In this document: piece after piece, positions 48,880 through 62,339 of the stretch
How the letters are laid out: each line of letters opens with the position of its first letter
How positions within the stretch are numbered: the first letter of the stretch is position 1
Translations under genes and position numbers: made by a program
The notes under the pieces: model-generated
Database searches by the model: none
What the model saw: the letters and a program-made list of their open reading frames with translations, nothing else
Told to the model about the DNA's origin: nothing
NCBI GenBank assembly: GCA_964276515.1
Contig: OZ193909.1
Span: forward strand, 744,001 to 808,000
Reading direction: 5' to 3'
Origin: Gordius albopunctatus
Lineage: Eukaryota
Length of the DNA: 64,000 nucleotides

Positions 48880-49188
48880 ATTTTTTTTTAAAATATATCT
48901 TTAAAAGTTTAAAAATTTTATTATATTGTTAAAGTAACGATGATATAATAAAATAGAATTCTAAAACGTTTCTAGAATTAATCTTTTGTTTAAAATTATA
49001 GAATGTGTTTATAATTTTCATTGTTTTAATTGAATTTTAATTTAATAATCAAATATAAAAAAAATTAAAAAGATTCGTAAGTTTATTTAACTTAAATATT
49101 CTATTTAAATTAAAATTTTAACTTTAAAGTATTGTATTACACAAATTTGAATATGAATTTCATAAAACTTATTTTGTGGAAATTTATT

Positions 49189-50300
49189 AATTGCTATGCA
49201 ATTTATAGGCTCGCTTTTTGTTGTCCGTCCAACATGTATCTTAATTGCTGGTTCGATACCCGGAGAGGGCAAAATTTTATTTTTTTGAATTAAATTAATA
49301 TATTTCTCTTGTTAATACCATTTATAATATGAATTTTTGACCGTGTCTTGGCTACTGACCAATAAAAAAATGACCATTGGCCAAATTGTGATTCTACATT
49401 TTTTTTCGTTTTTGAATTGGTATATTAGGTTAACATTAATAATTACCTATGCCCCCCCTACAAGGGCCTGTGCCTCTACTGATATGGGTCCCTGTGCTCC
49501 CCTCCACAAAGGGTTATACCTCTACTGATGTGGGTTCGAATCCCGGAGAGGGCAAATATTTTTTATTTATTTTTATAAATTAATATATTGTTCTTGTTAA
49601 TACCATTGATAATATGAATTTTTGACCGTGTCCTGGCTACTGACCAATGGGAAAAATGACCACTGGTCAAAGTGAGATTAAAATCATTTTTTTCTAGATT
49701 ATAATTATAGGATAGTTATTTGGCTGTCTGCTAAATTAGAAAAAATGACCACTGGCCAAAGTGATGGAAAAACTGACCAATGGCCAAGTTCTGATTGGAA
49801 AATTTTTTCATTTTTTAAATTCCTTGTTTATACATAAGCGCATGATTTGAATAGAGTCTATAGTCATTATTCAAATTTGTTTAAATTTATACAATATCAA
49901 AAAATCTCTAAATTGAAAGTTGTATGTTTTGGAAGGATGACTATTGGCTTTTCCACAAGGTCATACCCTCTATTTGCGTTCTTTTCATCATTTTGATTAA
50001 TTTAGGAGTTGATAAATAAGAATGAATGAAAGAAAACCTATTAATTCCTCAATAAATAAAGTATAGATAAGTGTTTTATAGCAGGTTTTACAAAAATTTA
50101 ACTTTTTAAATATTTGTATAAATAATTAACTAATCATTTTGCATTTCATACCACCCCCCCCCTCCGTTTATAGGCATTCTAGCCCCTCCCTATCTTTTTC
50201 GCCTATAAATTGCATAGCAAATATGCTACGTTTATACGGAGTATAGATGAGTTTCAGTCCCCCTTCCCTTCCCTTCCCACCAGGGGCGAAGGCCCTGGTT
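49189..50300 (+). mobile_element. Helentron/DINE-1-like element, complete short copy
   Basis: ttgctatgcaatttatagg (49191) / cctataaattgcatagcaa (50202), gtccgtcc, ccaatgg repeats, and 3' hairpin ccaggggcgaaggccctgg followed by TTTT. Confidence 0.8.
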
Positions 50301-51847
50301 TTGATTTTTTATCGATATCGATTGCTAATTTTTCAATCAATATTCCCTTTTATTTTTATTGATTTGTAAACCAAATTCCTTAGCATTAACTGTCTTATAC
50401 ATCCCTTAATGTGTCTCATGTGCATTATGTAATCAATGTTACATCTGGGCACTATCTTCTCACGCTCTCGCTCCGCTTTTCTCTCTTATATGACATATTA
50501 AATATCATAAATTTCATTTACGCTTTCTGACCTTTATTTACCTATTTACACTTATTAATCACAATTGCATATTAAATAACTAAATTTAACAAAAACATAG
50601 GGTTGATTAGAACAAAATTAAAAATTTTTTGGAAAATACTAGCTTTTAATAAACTTTTTCCAACGAAGTTTTGGTGTTTTGTAAGTAATATTGCTTGAAA
50701 AACTTTTTAGACTATTATTTACCAAATTAAACGTGTTGTTGATCAATAGACATACAATTAAAATTTAATTTAAAAAATAGAATGCCATCGTTGGAATTAG
50801 AGGGCAGGGGGCAATAATGATCTAGGGAGGGCAAAATGAACAATTTTTGAAATTTTAGCCATAAGTTTAATAATTTCAACAAGTTTTTGGATTTAGAGGG
50901 GGGCAGCCGCCCCTTCCTGTCCCCCACCCCCCAACTTGGCTAGGCCCATGATGATATACTAATGATAAAATTGCATGAAGTAATTCATACCTAATTACAA
51001 ATAATATAATAGGTCCTCCCTCCCTATCTCTCTTTGATGTGCTAATGTGACAAATCAAATATGTCATTTAAATGGCTACGTTCCACTTCAAGGTGGCAGA
51101 TGGTCAATTGTCACCAATGTGGCCGGCCTACACATGCATTCCTCGTGTGATACTCTAAGATTTACTGACCCCCCCACCCCCTAAAGAGAATTTTAATCGA
51201 AATTTATATGACAAAATGTAGAAATTATATTCTCGTCATAATTTCTATTGTCATGTTAATGAGCTTATTAAGGCTTGCAAGCTAACACTGTAGCGATATA
51301 TCACGATAGATTATATCTTTAAAATCCCCTTTTATTAGAGCTAATAAAAATAGAAAATTTTTTGAAACAGAAATAAATGAAAATATTTTTATTTAGATGG
51401 AAAAAACCAACTCAAAAGTCCTCTAGTTAGTTATAAAACGATAATCATCTGACTTACACAATAAAAATACTGTGCACTTCATATTGAATTTTTTGATAAA
51501 TTTTAAAAAAAGTCGCAATTTATCACAAGTGCTAAGTCTAACTGGGTCCCCCTTGATGTTGATGTTATAGCAAAAACAATTTTTATGAATGGTCAATGTC
51601 GCTTAAGGCATACAGCAAACCTTATATAATATGAAAAGGATAGACTGCCTTACTACTTAATCAGTAGTCAGTGTCCCATCATTTTCCAATATGTGCACGG
51701 CTCATTGAAAATTAACACACATATCGTATCATCGATAAACAGGAAATAAATTTTAAGGCACCCCGACCCCGACCTATCTTCTCGCCCATAAAAACCGAGA
51801 TTTTTTAATTTTATTTCGCGATATTTACATAAATAACTTCGTGAAAA

Positions 51848-54105
51848 ATGAATTCCATCAATTTGGACCTTACTGAGACCAGGTCTGTTCAAACACCCCC
51901 GCCCGATTATATGGGTTCGATTGAAAGTGGAAACCCAATTTCTATGAATAGAGACATGGGGAGTCAAACGGGTATATCAGCTGTTTCCGGTTTAGGTCGA
52001 GCGGCTACAAATTACAACAAGGCCAGAGCCCAAAATCACGAAAGTTACAGACGAGCCGTCCGGTCATACGAAGTAAAATTTTAATTTAGGAATCATAAAT
52101 TTGAGCTAATAGTAAATATAATTCAATCGCAATATCGGAATGTTTTTTTAATATTTATAATTTTTAACTTTTTTTATATATATTTCTTTAAGATAATGAA
52201 TGTTTAGTATCTTCATATAATTTTAATATATTATCTATACGGTATTTTTAGTTTAATTTAAAGCACTTTTAGCTTTTTTTGTTAAATACGACGCTATGAG
52301 ATCGTAATTTTAATAAAAAATAAAGATTTTTTTGCTTATTTCTCCTAAATAAGGCATAAAAAAATGAATTGAAAAAGTTAATAAACTCCGTCTAGAGCAC
52401 GTTTTGTGGTTTCCTTTTATGTTGCAATTCACCCACTAATTAAAAAAATTATTATATACAGGCCGTCGAGAAGACTTAATTATTGTAAGTTTCTTGACTT
52501 TTTTTGCCCCAAAAAAGTTTCAATAAAAAACTGCCTATTCTAAAAGTTAAATTTTGGGCATATTTGAAGATGATTTTAACAGCTGATTTTTGACTTTTTG
52601 GCAGGAAGTCATGAAAAGTTTGCGACAAAACAAACGAGTCAGCTGTTATAATTGGACGCTCTTGGTATTCGGGATGGGAGTTATGACAATCATTTTGGGC
52701 TTGTCATTTTGGATTATCGGGAACTTGACCGGTTTACATCCGCGGCTCAATGTATATCACGTGACCGCAATTGCTTCCACCGGTATGTCCACGTGATTTA
52801 TTTATTTAGCCCCCCTCCCCTACCCCCAAGGCTTTATTCATAATGATTTTGGCGGCGATAAAGTTTATTAATAAATTTTTTATTAAAAATATTTATTAAT
52901 ATTGGTCCCGCCCCCTTTGTAACACCTTGCATTTATTATTGATGAGCCCTGCTGCCCGACCGAGATATTATATTTTAATTAGATTTCCTTGAATTATTTA
53001 TGATTTAATAAAAGTGTAGTAATATTTAATTTTACTTTTTAATCCATTTTTGGTAGGATTCGGTTGTGTGCTCTTACTTTTGAGCTCCTTCATCTATTTC
53101 CGGTCGATCTCGAAACCGGATTGGTTAAAAATTTATAAAAGATGGCTCCCGAAAAATAATGGAAGCATGAATTTCCCATCCACAGCCGCCATTACTCAAA
53201 TCTCTCCTTCCACGTGTAAGTGTTTTTAAAATATCACATTTGGCGAGAAATTAAATGACATACTAAGTTCAGGGAAGGGACGGGTGCAACCAAGATTTGA
53301 ATCGGATGGGCGGAGGGAGGGCAGTTGCACTTCTTGTCCCCTAGCTGCGCCAAGATTTTTTAAATAGGTTCTGATTCTCGGTATTCTTACAAAAATTTTA
53401 TTTTTTGTGCGAGATTTAAAAGTTACGGCCGGTGTAGCATGATAGAGGCCTGGCGTTTTAGATATGAGCTGGCAATAAATTATTTTGACTGACATAAGGT
53501 CAAATATTGCTATTTATAAGCTTTTTCTTCTATATTTTATTATTTTTGATATATTAAGTTTAATTGATTGGCATCTCATATCTAAATCGGCTGACCTCAT
53601 GGGCCTAGCTTAAATGGCGAAAAAAATTTTCAATGCAAAAACCCTTACAAATTAAAAAATTTACATTTTGCCCCCCCCCCCAATTGATCTTTTGAACGTT
53701 TTGCCCCTCCCCCCAAATCCAAAACCTGGTTACGCCCATGGCTGACCTCTGAAATGATTGTTTTTGACATTTTAGCCTTAATTCTAATAAATTTCAACAC
53801 TTTTTTGGATTTAGAGGGGGGACAGCCGCTCCCCCCTACCCCCCCCCCCCGGTTACGCCCATGTGAAGATTTTTTTTAAATATAACAAACAAAAGGTGTT
53901 AATATTTTTTATTCATTCAGCTAATACGGGGAATATTCCCGTTTTCAATGAATATCCGAGAGGGATACCGCCCCCCTCTTACTATACCATCCAGAGACAA
54001 GATTATATGTTGAGAAACTTTGGACCGACGCCATCTTACGACGAAATTATTTTAAATGCTAATGGCTACCATTACAATCTTCCAAATCGAACGAACGTGC
54101 AATAG
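51848..54105 (+). CDS. Two-TM membrane protein with PPxY motifs (~248 aa), copy 1
   Basis: Exons 51848-52072, 52605-52782, 53057-53215 and 53921-54105 are in frame. TM1 WTLLVFGMGVMTIILGLSFWIIG, TM2 VTAIASTGFGCVLLLLSSFIYF; motifs PPPDY, PPPSY and PTPSYDE. Confidence 0.8.
53598..53740. mobile_element. hAT-type MITE, CATGGGCGTAGCC family (duplicated at ~58898-59042)
   Basis: catgggcctagc / ggttacgcccatg ends and exact 8-bp TSD GCTGACCT. Confidence 0.85.
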
Positions 54106-54945
54106 TAGTGGAAATGGAATTAAATTTCCAAAATAATATCTTAATAATGTGAAGGAGGGAATCAATTGCAATATAGTTTTATTATCTTTAATATGATTTG
54201 AAATTTTGAATACATTCCTTTTTTATGAAACACACACCAGTAAACAAATTTGTTTATCCAGAATCCACAGCTCTTCCATAACTTGTATTTACATCGTTTT
54301 TTAACATGTATTACTTTGATACACTTTTTGTACATATCATTTATATGAAACATGTTTAGTAAATAAATTTTCACTTTTTAAAAGTTCTTGACTAATATTG
54401 ACGACTTTTTATTTATAAGATTTATAACATAATTATTTTTGAATAATTCTTATAATATATAAAGTAGTTGTCATTTCCATGAATTTTGAAACAAACACTA
54501 ATCAAATATTTTTTAAAGGGCAAAGCAAAGGAGTTTGTTAATTATGTTTTAAAATATTGCATTCAGGGGGGCAATAATGATTTAAGGATAGGCAAGGCTA
54601 AATTTTTTTGAAAACTTAGCCTTAATTTTATTAAATTGTTGGATCCTTTGACTACACCCATTAACCTTAACTAACACTTATTTACTAAAAAAGAATCCCT
54701 AAATCATGCCAAATTTGTACTCCCTAATATTAACCTTGAAAAATGAATTAATTTATAATTTCTCAACATTGGTATGTATCATCAAGGTTATGTTTTAATA
54801 CTCCTTATACTGTTACCCTTAATTACTTAATTGATCTATTGATTCCAAACGTTCCCTCGATCAACAAATTATCTACTATAAGTGAAGAAAAGTAACTAAA
54901 TCTTCATTAAAGTATTATTTTGTCATTTCAACATCAAACATCGCA

Positions 54946-55761
54946 ATGAATAAAGGCGCCATCTTTCTAATATTGGTTGTAGTTGCAGTTTCCACTATTT
55001 TCGAAATTCAAACTCAAAATGTCGTTGTTAGCAGTGGATCTAGACCGCCCATCACCATCAGACGTAATCCAAAATTAATATACTTTGCATCCTGATTAAA
55101 ATTTACTGGCATATTATGTCTTAACATTACATTTTTAAATGCATGGGTGTAGGCAGGCAGGTGATGGCATGTAGGGGCGATTGCCCCCCCCTCTAAATTC
55201 AATTCTGGCTACGAGTAGAGTTGTTAAATTGCTAACTTTCTTCAACTCCAGCTACCATCTGCTCGAGTTTCTGCTCGCTCCACGGGCATTTTTATATGCT
55301 ACTGCTCTGCCTAATGCACCGAACAGAGAGCACATATTGTGCTAACGCGCATATTAAGCAACTTAGTGTGCGTGCTCGCGTCTGGATTTTGAAGAAAGTT
55401 AGCAATTTAACAACTCTAGCTACCCCCAATGTTTGAATGTATTGTTTATTTTTTTGCATTTAGCTTGCCCAAGACCTATACAGTGTAGACCTCCTTGCAG
55501 AATTGTAATGGCTAACGGTTGTCCCACTTGTGTGTGCAGACGTAAGAAAAAACTATTTCAATTAAAACCAAATTATTTTGACTAAATATTATATTTTAAG
55601 AAATTTTAATGATTAATTTTTGAGAAAAAAATATTAAATTTTAAAATGTATTATTTATATTGTATATAGCTCAATGCCCAACCTTTGTCGGTAGATGCCC
55701 AGCGCGTTGTATCATTAGAGACAGAAATGGATGTAGAAATTGTCGTAGAGGATGCCAATAA
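54946..55761 (+). CDS. Secreted Cys/Arg-rich antistasin-like peptide (95 aa), copy 1
   Basis: Exons 54946-55063, 55464-55541 and 55670-55761 give MNKGAIFLILVVVAVSTIFEIQTQNVVVSSGSRPPITIRPCPRPIQCRPPCRIVMANGCPTCVCRPQCPTFVGRCPARCIIRDRNGCRNCRRGCQ*. Confidence 0.85.
55216..55418. mobile_element. MITE with perfect 30-bp TIRs, nested in a CATGGG-family MITE (duplicated at 60521-60723)
   Basis: tagagttgttaaattgctaactttcttcaa / ttgaagaaagttagcaatttaacaactcta. Confidence 0.85.
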
Positions 55762-57147
55762 AGAAATTTCACCGATTAAATATTTAATTTAATATTTTTT
55801 AATTTATTAATTTAAAAACAAATTTAAACGTTTGATCGGGGTTTGGAAACAACTTTAAGCTAACTCTAAACTTTCGATAATTGTTATTATACTTATAAAT
55901 GTTGATGATTGTAATCGCTAATAAAAGTCATAAATATAGTTGTGTTACTTTATTAATATAGCAGCATGGTATTATGACATTAAAAACATTTTAAATGCTA
56001 TAAATATTTATTAATTTTATGTCATCGTTAAAAATTTCTTTTTTAATGGAATTTTAAAAGTCGCAATTAAATTAGTTTCCCATAAAAGAAAATCTAAAAA
56101 ATATTAGCAAATATTTTATTTTTCATATAAATGTTGATGCGGCTGCAAGTACGGCCTAGGCAAATGCATAAAATAAATTTTAATTCAGAACCGTTCCATA
56201 TGATATTTTGAAAATTAAAATGAGTAACCGTTTTGAGATTATTGATTTATTATCGCAGAAAAAACCTCAACATTACAATTATATTTTGGGATTTTTTTTT
56301 AATTAGCCCCAAGCTTGAACCGACTTTTTTGAAATGTAAATCCATAAAAAAATATTTAGAGTAGACACACCCACACCTTTTATTTAACATAAAGTTTTTT
56401 GCCTCCTCTAATTAACCTACTCAATTAAGGAATTATTAAAAAGTTTTAAAATATTGTCGATTTACTGACCCCCCCACCTCCTAAAGAGAATTTTAATCGA
56501 AATTTATATGACAAAATGTACAAATTATATTCTCGTCATAATTTCTATTGTCATGTTAATGAGCTTATTAAGGCTTGCAAGCTAACACTGTAGCGATATA
56601 TCACGATAGATTATATCTTTAAAATCCCCTTTTATTAGAGCTAATAAAAATAGCAAATTATTTGAAACAGAAATAAATGAAAATATTTTTATTTAGATGG
56701 AAAAAACCAACTCAAAAGTCCTCTAGTTAGTTATAAAACGATAATCATCTGACTTACACAATAAAAATACTGTGCACTTCATATTGAATTTTTTGATAAA
56801 TTTTAAAAAAAGTCGCAATTTATCATAAGTGCTAAGTCTAACTGGGTCCCCCTTGATGTTGATGTTATAGCAAAAACAATCTTTATGAATGGTCAATGTC
56901 GCTTAAGGCATACAGCAAACCTTATATAATATGAAAAGGATAGACTGCCTTACTACTTAATCAGTAGTCAGTGTCCCATCATTTTCCAATATGTGCACGG
57001 CTCATTGAAAATTAACACACATATCGTATCATCGATAAACAGGAAATAAATTTTAAGGCACCCCGACCCCGACCTATCTTCTCGCCCATAAAAACCGAGA
57101 TTTTTTAATTTTATTTCGCCATATTTACATAAATAACTTCGTGAAAA

Positions 57148-59410
57148 ATGAATTCCATCAATTTGGACCTTACTGAGACCAGGTCTGTTCAAACACCCCC
57201 GCCCGATTATATGGGTTCAATTGAAAGTGGAAACCCAATTTCTATGAATAGAGACATGGGGAGTCAAACGGGTATATCAGCTGTTTCCGGTTTAGGTCGA
57301 GCGGCTACAAATTACAACAAGGCCAGAGCCCAAAATCACGAAAGTTACAGACGAGCCGTCCGGTCATACGAAGTAAAATTTTAATTTAGGAATCATAAAT
57401 TTGAGCTGATAGTAAATATAATTCAATCGCAATATCGGAATGTTTTTTTAATATTTATAATTCTTAACTTTTTTTATATATATTTCTTTAAGATAATGAA
57501 TGTTTAGTATCTTCATATAATTTTAATATATTATCTATACGGTATTTTTAGTTTAATTTAAAGCACTTTTAGCTTTTTTTGTTAAATACGACGCTATGAG
57601 ATCGTAATTTTAATAAAAAATAAAGATTTTTTTGCTTATTTCTCCTAAATAAGGCATAAAAAAATGAATTGAAAAAGTTAATAAACTCCGTCTAGAGCAC
57701 GTTTTGTGGTTTCCTTTTATGTTGCAATTCACCCACTAATTAAAAAAATTATTATATACAGGCCGTCGAGAAGACTTAATTATTGTAAGTTTCTTGACTT
57801 TTTTTGCCCCAAAAAAGTTTCAATAAAAAACTGCCTATTCTAAAAGTTAAATTTTGGGCATATTTGAAGATGATTTTAACAGCTGATTTTTGACTTTTTG
57901 GCAGGAAGTCATGAAAAGTTTGCGACAAAACAAACGAGTCAGCTGTTATAATTGGACGCTCTTGGTATTCGGGATGGGAGTTATGACAATCATTTTGGGC
58001 TTGTCATTTTGGATTATCGGGAACTTGACCGGTTTACATCCGCGGCTCAATGTATATCACGTGACCGCAATTGCTTCCACCGGTATGTCCACGTGATTTA
58101 TTTATTTAGCCCCCCTCCCCTACCCCCAAGGCTTTATTCATAATGATTTTGGCGGCGATAAAGTTTATTAATAAATTTTTTATTAAAAATATTTATTAAT
58201 ATTGGTCCCGCCCCCTTTGTAACACCTTGCATTTATTATTGATGAGCCCTGCTGCCCGACCGAGATATTATATTTTAATTAGATTTCCTTGAATTATTTA
58301 TGATTTAATAAAAGTGTAGTAATATTTAATTTTACTTTTTAATCCATTTTTGGTAGGATTCGGTTGTGTGCTCTTACTTTTGAGCTCCTTCATCTATTTC
58401 CGGTCGATCTCGAAACCGGATTGGTTAAAAATTTATAAAAGATGGCTCCCGAAAAATAATGGAAGCATGAATTTCCCATCCACAGCCGCCATTACTCAAA
58501 TCTCTCCTTCCACGTGTAAGTGTTTTTAAAATATCACATTTGGCGAGAAATTAAATGACATACTAAGTTCAGGGAAGGGACGGGTGCAACCAAGATTTGA
58601 ATCGGATGGGCGGAGGGAGGGCAGTTGCACTTCTTGTCCCCTAGCTGCGCCAAGATTTTTTAAATAGGTTCTGATTCTCGGTATTCTTACAAAAATTTTA
58701 TTTTTTGTGCGAGATTTAAAAGTTACGGCCGGTGTAGCATGATAGAGGCCTGGCGTTTTAGATATGAGCTGGCAATAAATTATTTTGACTGACATAAGGT
58801 CAAATATTGCTATTTATAAGCTTTTTCTTCTATATTTTATTATTTTTGATATATTAAGTTTAATTGATTGGCATCTCATATCTAAATCGGCTGACCTCAT
58901 GGGCCTAGCTTAAATGGCGAAAAAAATTTTCAATGCAAAAACCCTTACAAATTAAAAAATTTACATTTTGCCCCCCCCCCCCCAATTGATCTTTTGAACG
59001 TTTTGCCCCTCCCCCCAAATCCAAAACCTGGTTACGCCCATGGCTGACCTCTGAAATGATTGTTTTTGACATTTTAGCCTTAATTCTAATAAATTTCAAC
59101 ACTTTTTTGGATTTAGAGGGGGGACAGCCGCTCCCCCCTACCCCCCCCCCCCCCCGGTTACGCCCATGTGAAGATTTTTTTTAAATATAACAAACAAAAG
59201 GTGTTAATATTTTTTATTCATTCAGCTAATACGGGGAATATTCCCGTTTTCAATGAATATCCGAGAGGGATACCGCCCCCCTCTTACTATACCATCCAGA
59301 GACAAGATTATATGTTGAGAAACTTTGGACCGACGCCATCTTACGACGAAATTATTTTAAATGCTAATGGCTACCATTACAATCTTCCAAATCGAACGAA
59401 CGTGCAATAG
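57148..59410 (+). CDS. Two-TM PPxY membrane protein, copy 2
   Basis: Same exons as copy 1 shifted by 5300-5305; same translation. Confidence 0.8.
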
Positions 59411-60250
59411 TAGTGGAAATGGAATTAAATTTCCAAAATAATATCTTAATAATGTGAAGGAGGGAATCAATTGCAATATAGTTTTATTATCTTTAATATG
59501 ATTTGAAATTTTGAATACATTCCTTTTTTATGAAACACACACCAGTAAACAAATTTGTTTATCCAGAATCCACAGCTCTTCCATAACTTGTATTTACATC
59601 GTTTTTTAACATGTATTACTTTGATACACTTTTTGTACATATCATTTATATGAAACATGTTTAGTAAATAAATTTTCACTTTTTAAAAGTTCTTGACTAA
59701 TATTGACGACTTTTTATTTATAAGATTTATAACATAATTATTTTTGAATAATTCTTATAATATATAAAGTAGTTGTCATTTCCATGAATTTTGAAACAAA
59801 CACTAATCAAATATTTTTTAAAGGGCAAAGCAAAGGAGTTTGTTAATTATGTTTTAAAATATTGCATTCAGGGGGGCAATAATGATTTAAGGATAGGCAA
59901 GGCTAAATTTTTTTGAAAACTTAGCCTTAATTTTATTAAATTGTTGGATCCTTTGACTACACCCATTAACCTTAACTAACACTTATTTACTAAAAAAGAA
60001 TCCCTAAATCATGCCAAATTTGTACTCCCTAATATTAACCTTGAAAAATGAATTAATTTATAATTTCTCAACATTGGTATGTATCATCAAGGTTATGTTT
60101 TAATACTCCTTATACTGTTACCCTTAATTACTTAATTGATCTATTGATTCCAAACGTTCCCTCGATCAACAAATTATCTACTATAAGTGAAGAAAAGTAA
60201 CTAAATCTTCATTAAAGTATTATTTTGTCATTTCAACATCAAACATCGCA

Positions 60251-61066
60251 ATGAATAAAGGCGCCATCTTTCTAATATTGGTTGTAGTTGCAGTTTCCAC
60301 TATTTTCGAAATTCAAACTCAAAATGTCGTTGTTAGCAGTGGATCTAGACCGCCCATCACCATCAGACGTAATCCAAAATTAATATACTTTGCATCCTGA
60401 TTAAAATTTACTGGCATATTATGTCTTAACATTACATTTTTAAATGCATGGGTGTAGGCAGGCAGGTGATGGCATGTAGGGGCGATTGCCCCCCCCTCTA
60501 AATTCAATTCTGGCTACGAGTAGAGTTGTTAAATTGCTAACTTTCTTCAACTCCAGCTACCATCTGCTCGAGTTTCTGCTCGCTCCACGGGCATTTTTAT
60601 ATGCTACTGCTCTGCCTAATGCACCGAACAGAGAGCACATATTGTGCTAACGCGCATATTAAGCAACTTAGTGTGCGTGCTCGCGTCTGGATTTTGAAGA
60701 AAGTTAGCAATTTAACAACTCTAGCTACCCCCAATGTTTGAATGTATTGTTTATTTTTTTGCATTTAGCTTGCCCAAGACCTATACAGTGTAGACCTCCT
60801 TGCAGAATTGTAATGGCTAACGGTTGTCCCACTTGTGTGTGCAGACGTAAGAAAAAACTATTTCAATTAAAACCAAATTATTTTGACTAAATATTATATT
60901 TTAAGAAATTTTAATGATTAATTTTTGAGAAAAAAATATTAAATTTTAAAATGTATTATTTATATTGTATATAGCTCAATGCCCAACCTTTGTCGGTAGA
61001 TGCCCAGCGCGTTGTATCATTAGAGACAGAAATGGATGTAGAAATTGTCGTAGAGGATGCCAATAA
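60251..61066 (+). CDS. Antistasin-like secreted peptide, copy 2
   Basis: Identical to 54946-55761 shifted by 5305. Confidence 0.85.
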
Positions 61067-62339
61067 AGAAATTTCACCGATTAAATATTTAATTTAATAT
61101 TTTTTAATTTATTAATTTAAAAACAAATTTAAACGTTTGATCGGGGTTTGGAAACAACTTTAAGCTAACTCTAAACTTTCGATAATTGTTATTATACTTA
61201 TAAATGTTGATGATTGTAATCGCTAATAAAAGTCATAAATATAGTTGTGTTACTTTATTAATATAGCAGCATGGTATTATGACATTAAAAACATTTTAAA
61301 TGCTATAAATATTTATTAATTTTATGTCATCGTTAAAAATTTCTTTTTTAATGGAATTTTAAAAGTCGCAATTAAATTAGTTTCCCATAAAAGAAAATCT
61401 AAAAAATATTAGCAAATATTTTATTTTTCATATAAATGTTGATGCGGCTGCAAGTACGGCCTAGGCAAATGCATAAAATAAATTTTAATTCAGAACCGTT
61501 CCATATGATATTTTGAAAATTAAAATGAGTAACCGTTTTGAGATTATTGATTTATTATCGCAGAAAAAACCTCAACATTACAATTATATTTTGGGATTTT
61601 TTTTTAATTAGCCCCAAGCTTGAACCGACTTTTTTGAAATGTAAATCCATAAAAAAATATTTAGAGTAGACACACCCACACCTTTTATTTAACATAAAGT
61701 TTTTTGCCTCCTCTAATTAACCTACTCAATTAAGGAATTATTAAAAAGTTTTAAAATATTGTCGTATATGTGAATACGTGAAAGAAGAATAGTTTAATTT
61801 AGTATAACTTTTATTTTTATAACATTTTCTACAGATTATATTATTGCTATAATTAAATATTTTTATATTGTAAGCCAAAGCCGAGTTAGTAAAAACCATA
61901 TGTTTTACTTCTATTAATTCTTTTGCCTTAAATTGGTTTTATTATTCGTTAATATATCCCCTCCCTGGCCCTACTATTTAATGAAGATTAATTATCCTTA
62001 TCAGTTGTTGCTTATAATCATCATATAAACATATACTTCTTATAATCCTTAATTCCTTTGATAATATTTCCATTATCTTACAACTTATTTTTCCTTGTGT
62101 ATTTAAAAATATCTTTTAGCAACATTTTGCCTAGGGTCGCGAGTCAGAAGCCCAATTGAATTTTACTTTTTGGCCCGAGCCCGGCCCGGCTTGGCTCTAG
62201 TCAAGCTTCAAACATAATCTACTCTATACTTCTTATAGAAACAATAGAATTTGCTATGCAAACCAGACACCAAGGCACGACGGATCTTCTGTTGGAAGAG
62301 AACTTAAGAATTGCATAGCAATGTGATTAATATTATTAA

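Larger units (their letters stand above)
51159..61764 (+). repeat. Head-to-tail tandem duplication of a ~5.3-kb unit (51159-56459 and 56459-61764)
   Basis: Identical ORFs at offsets of 5300-5305. Junction gtcg|atttactgacc with a single shared G. Confidence 0.97.
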
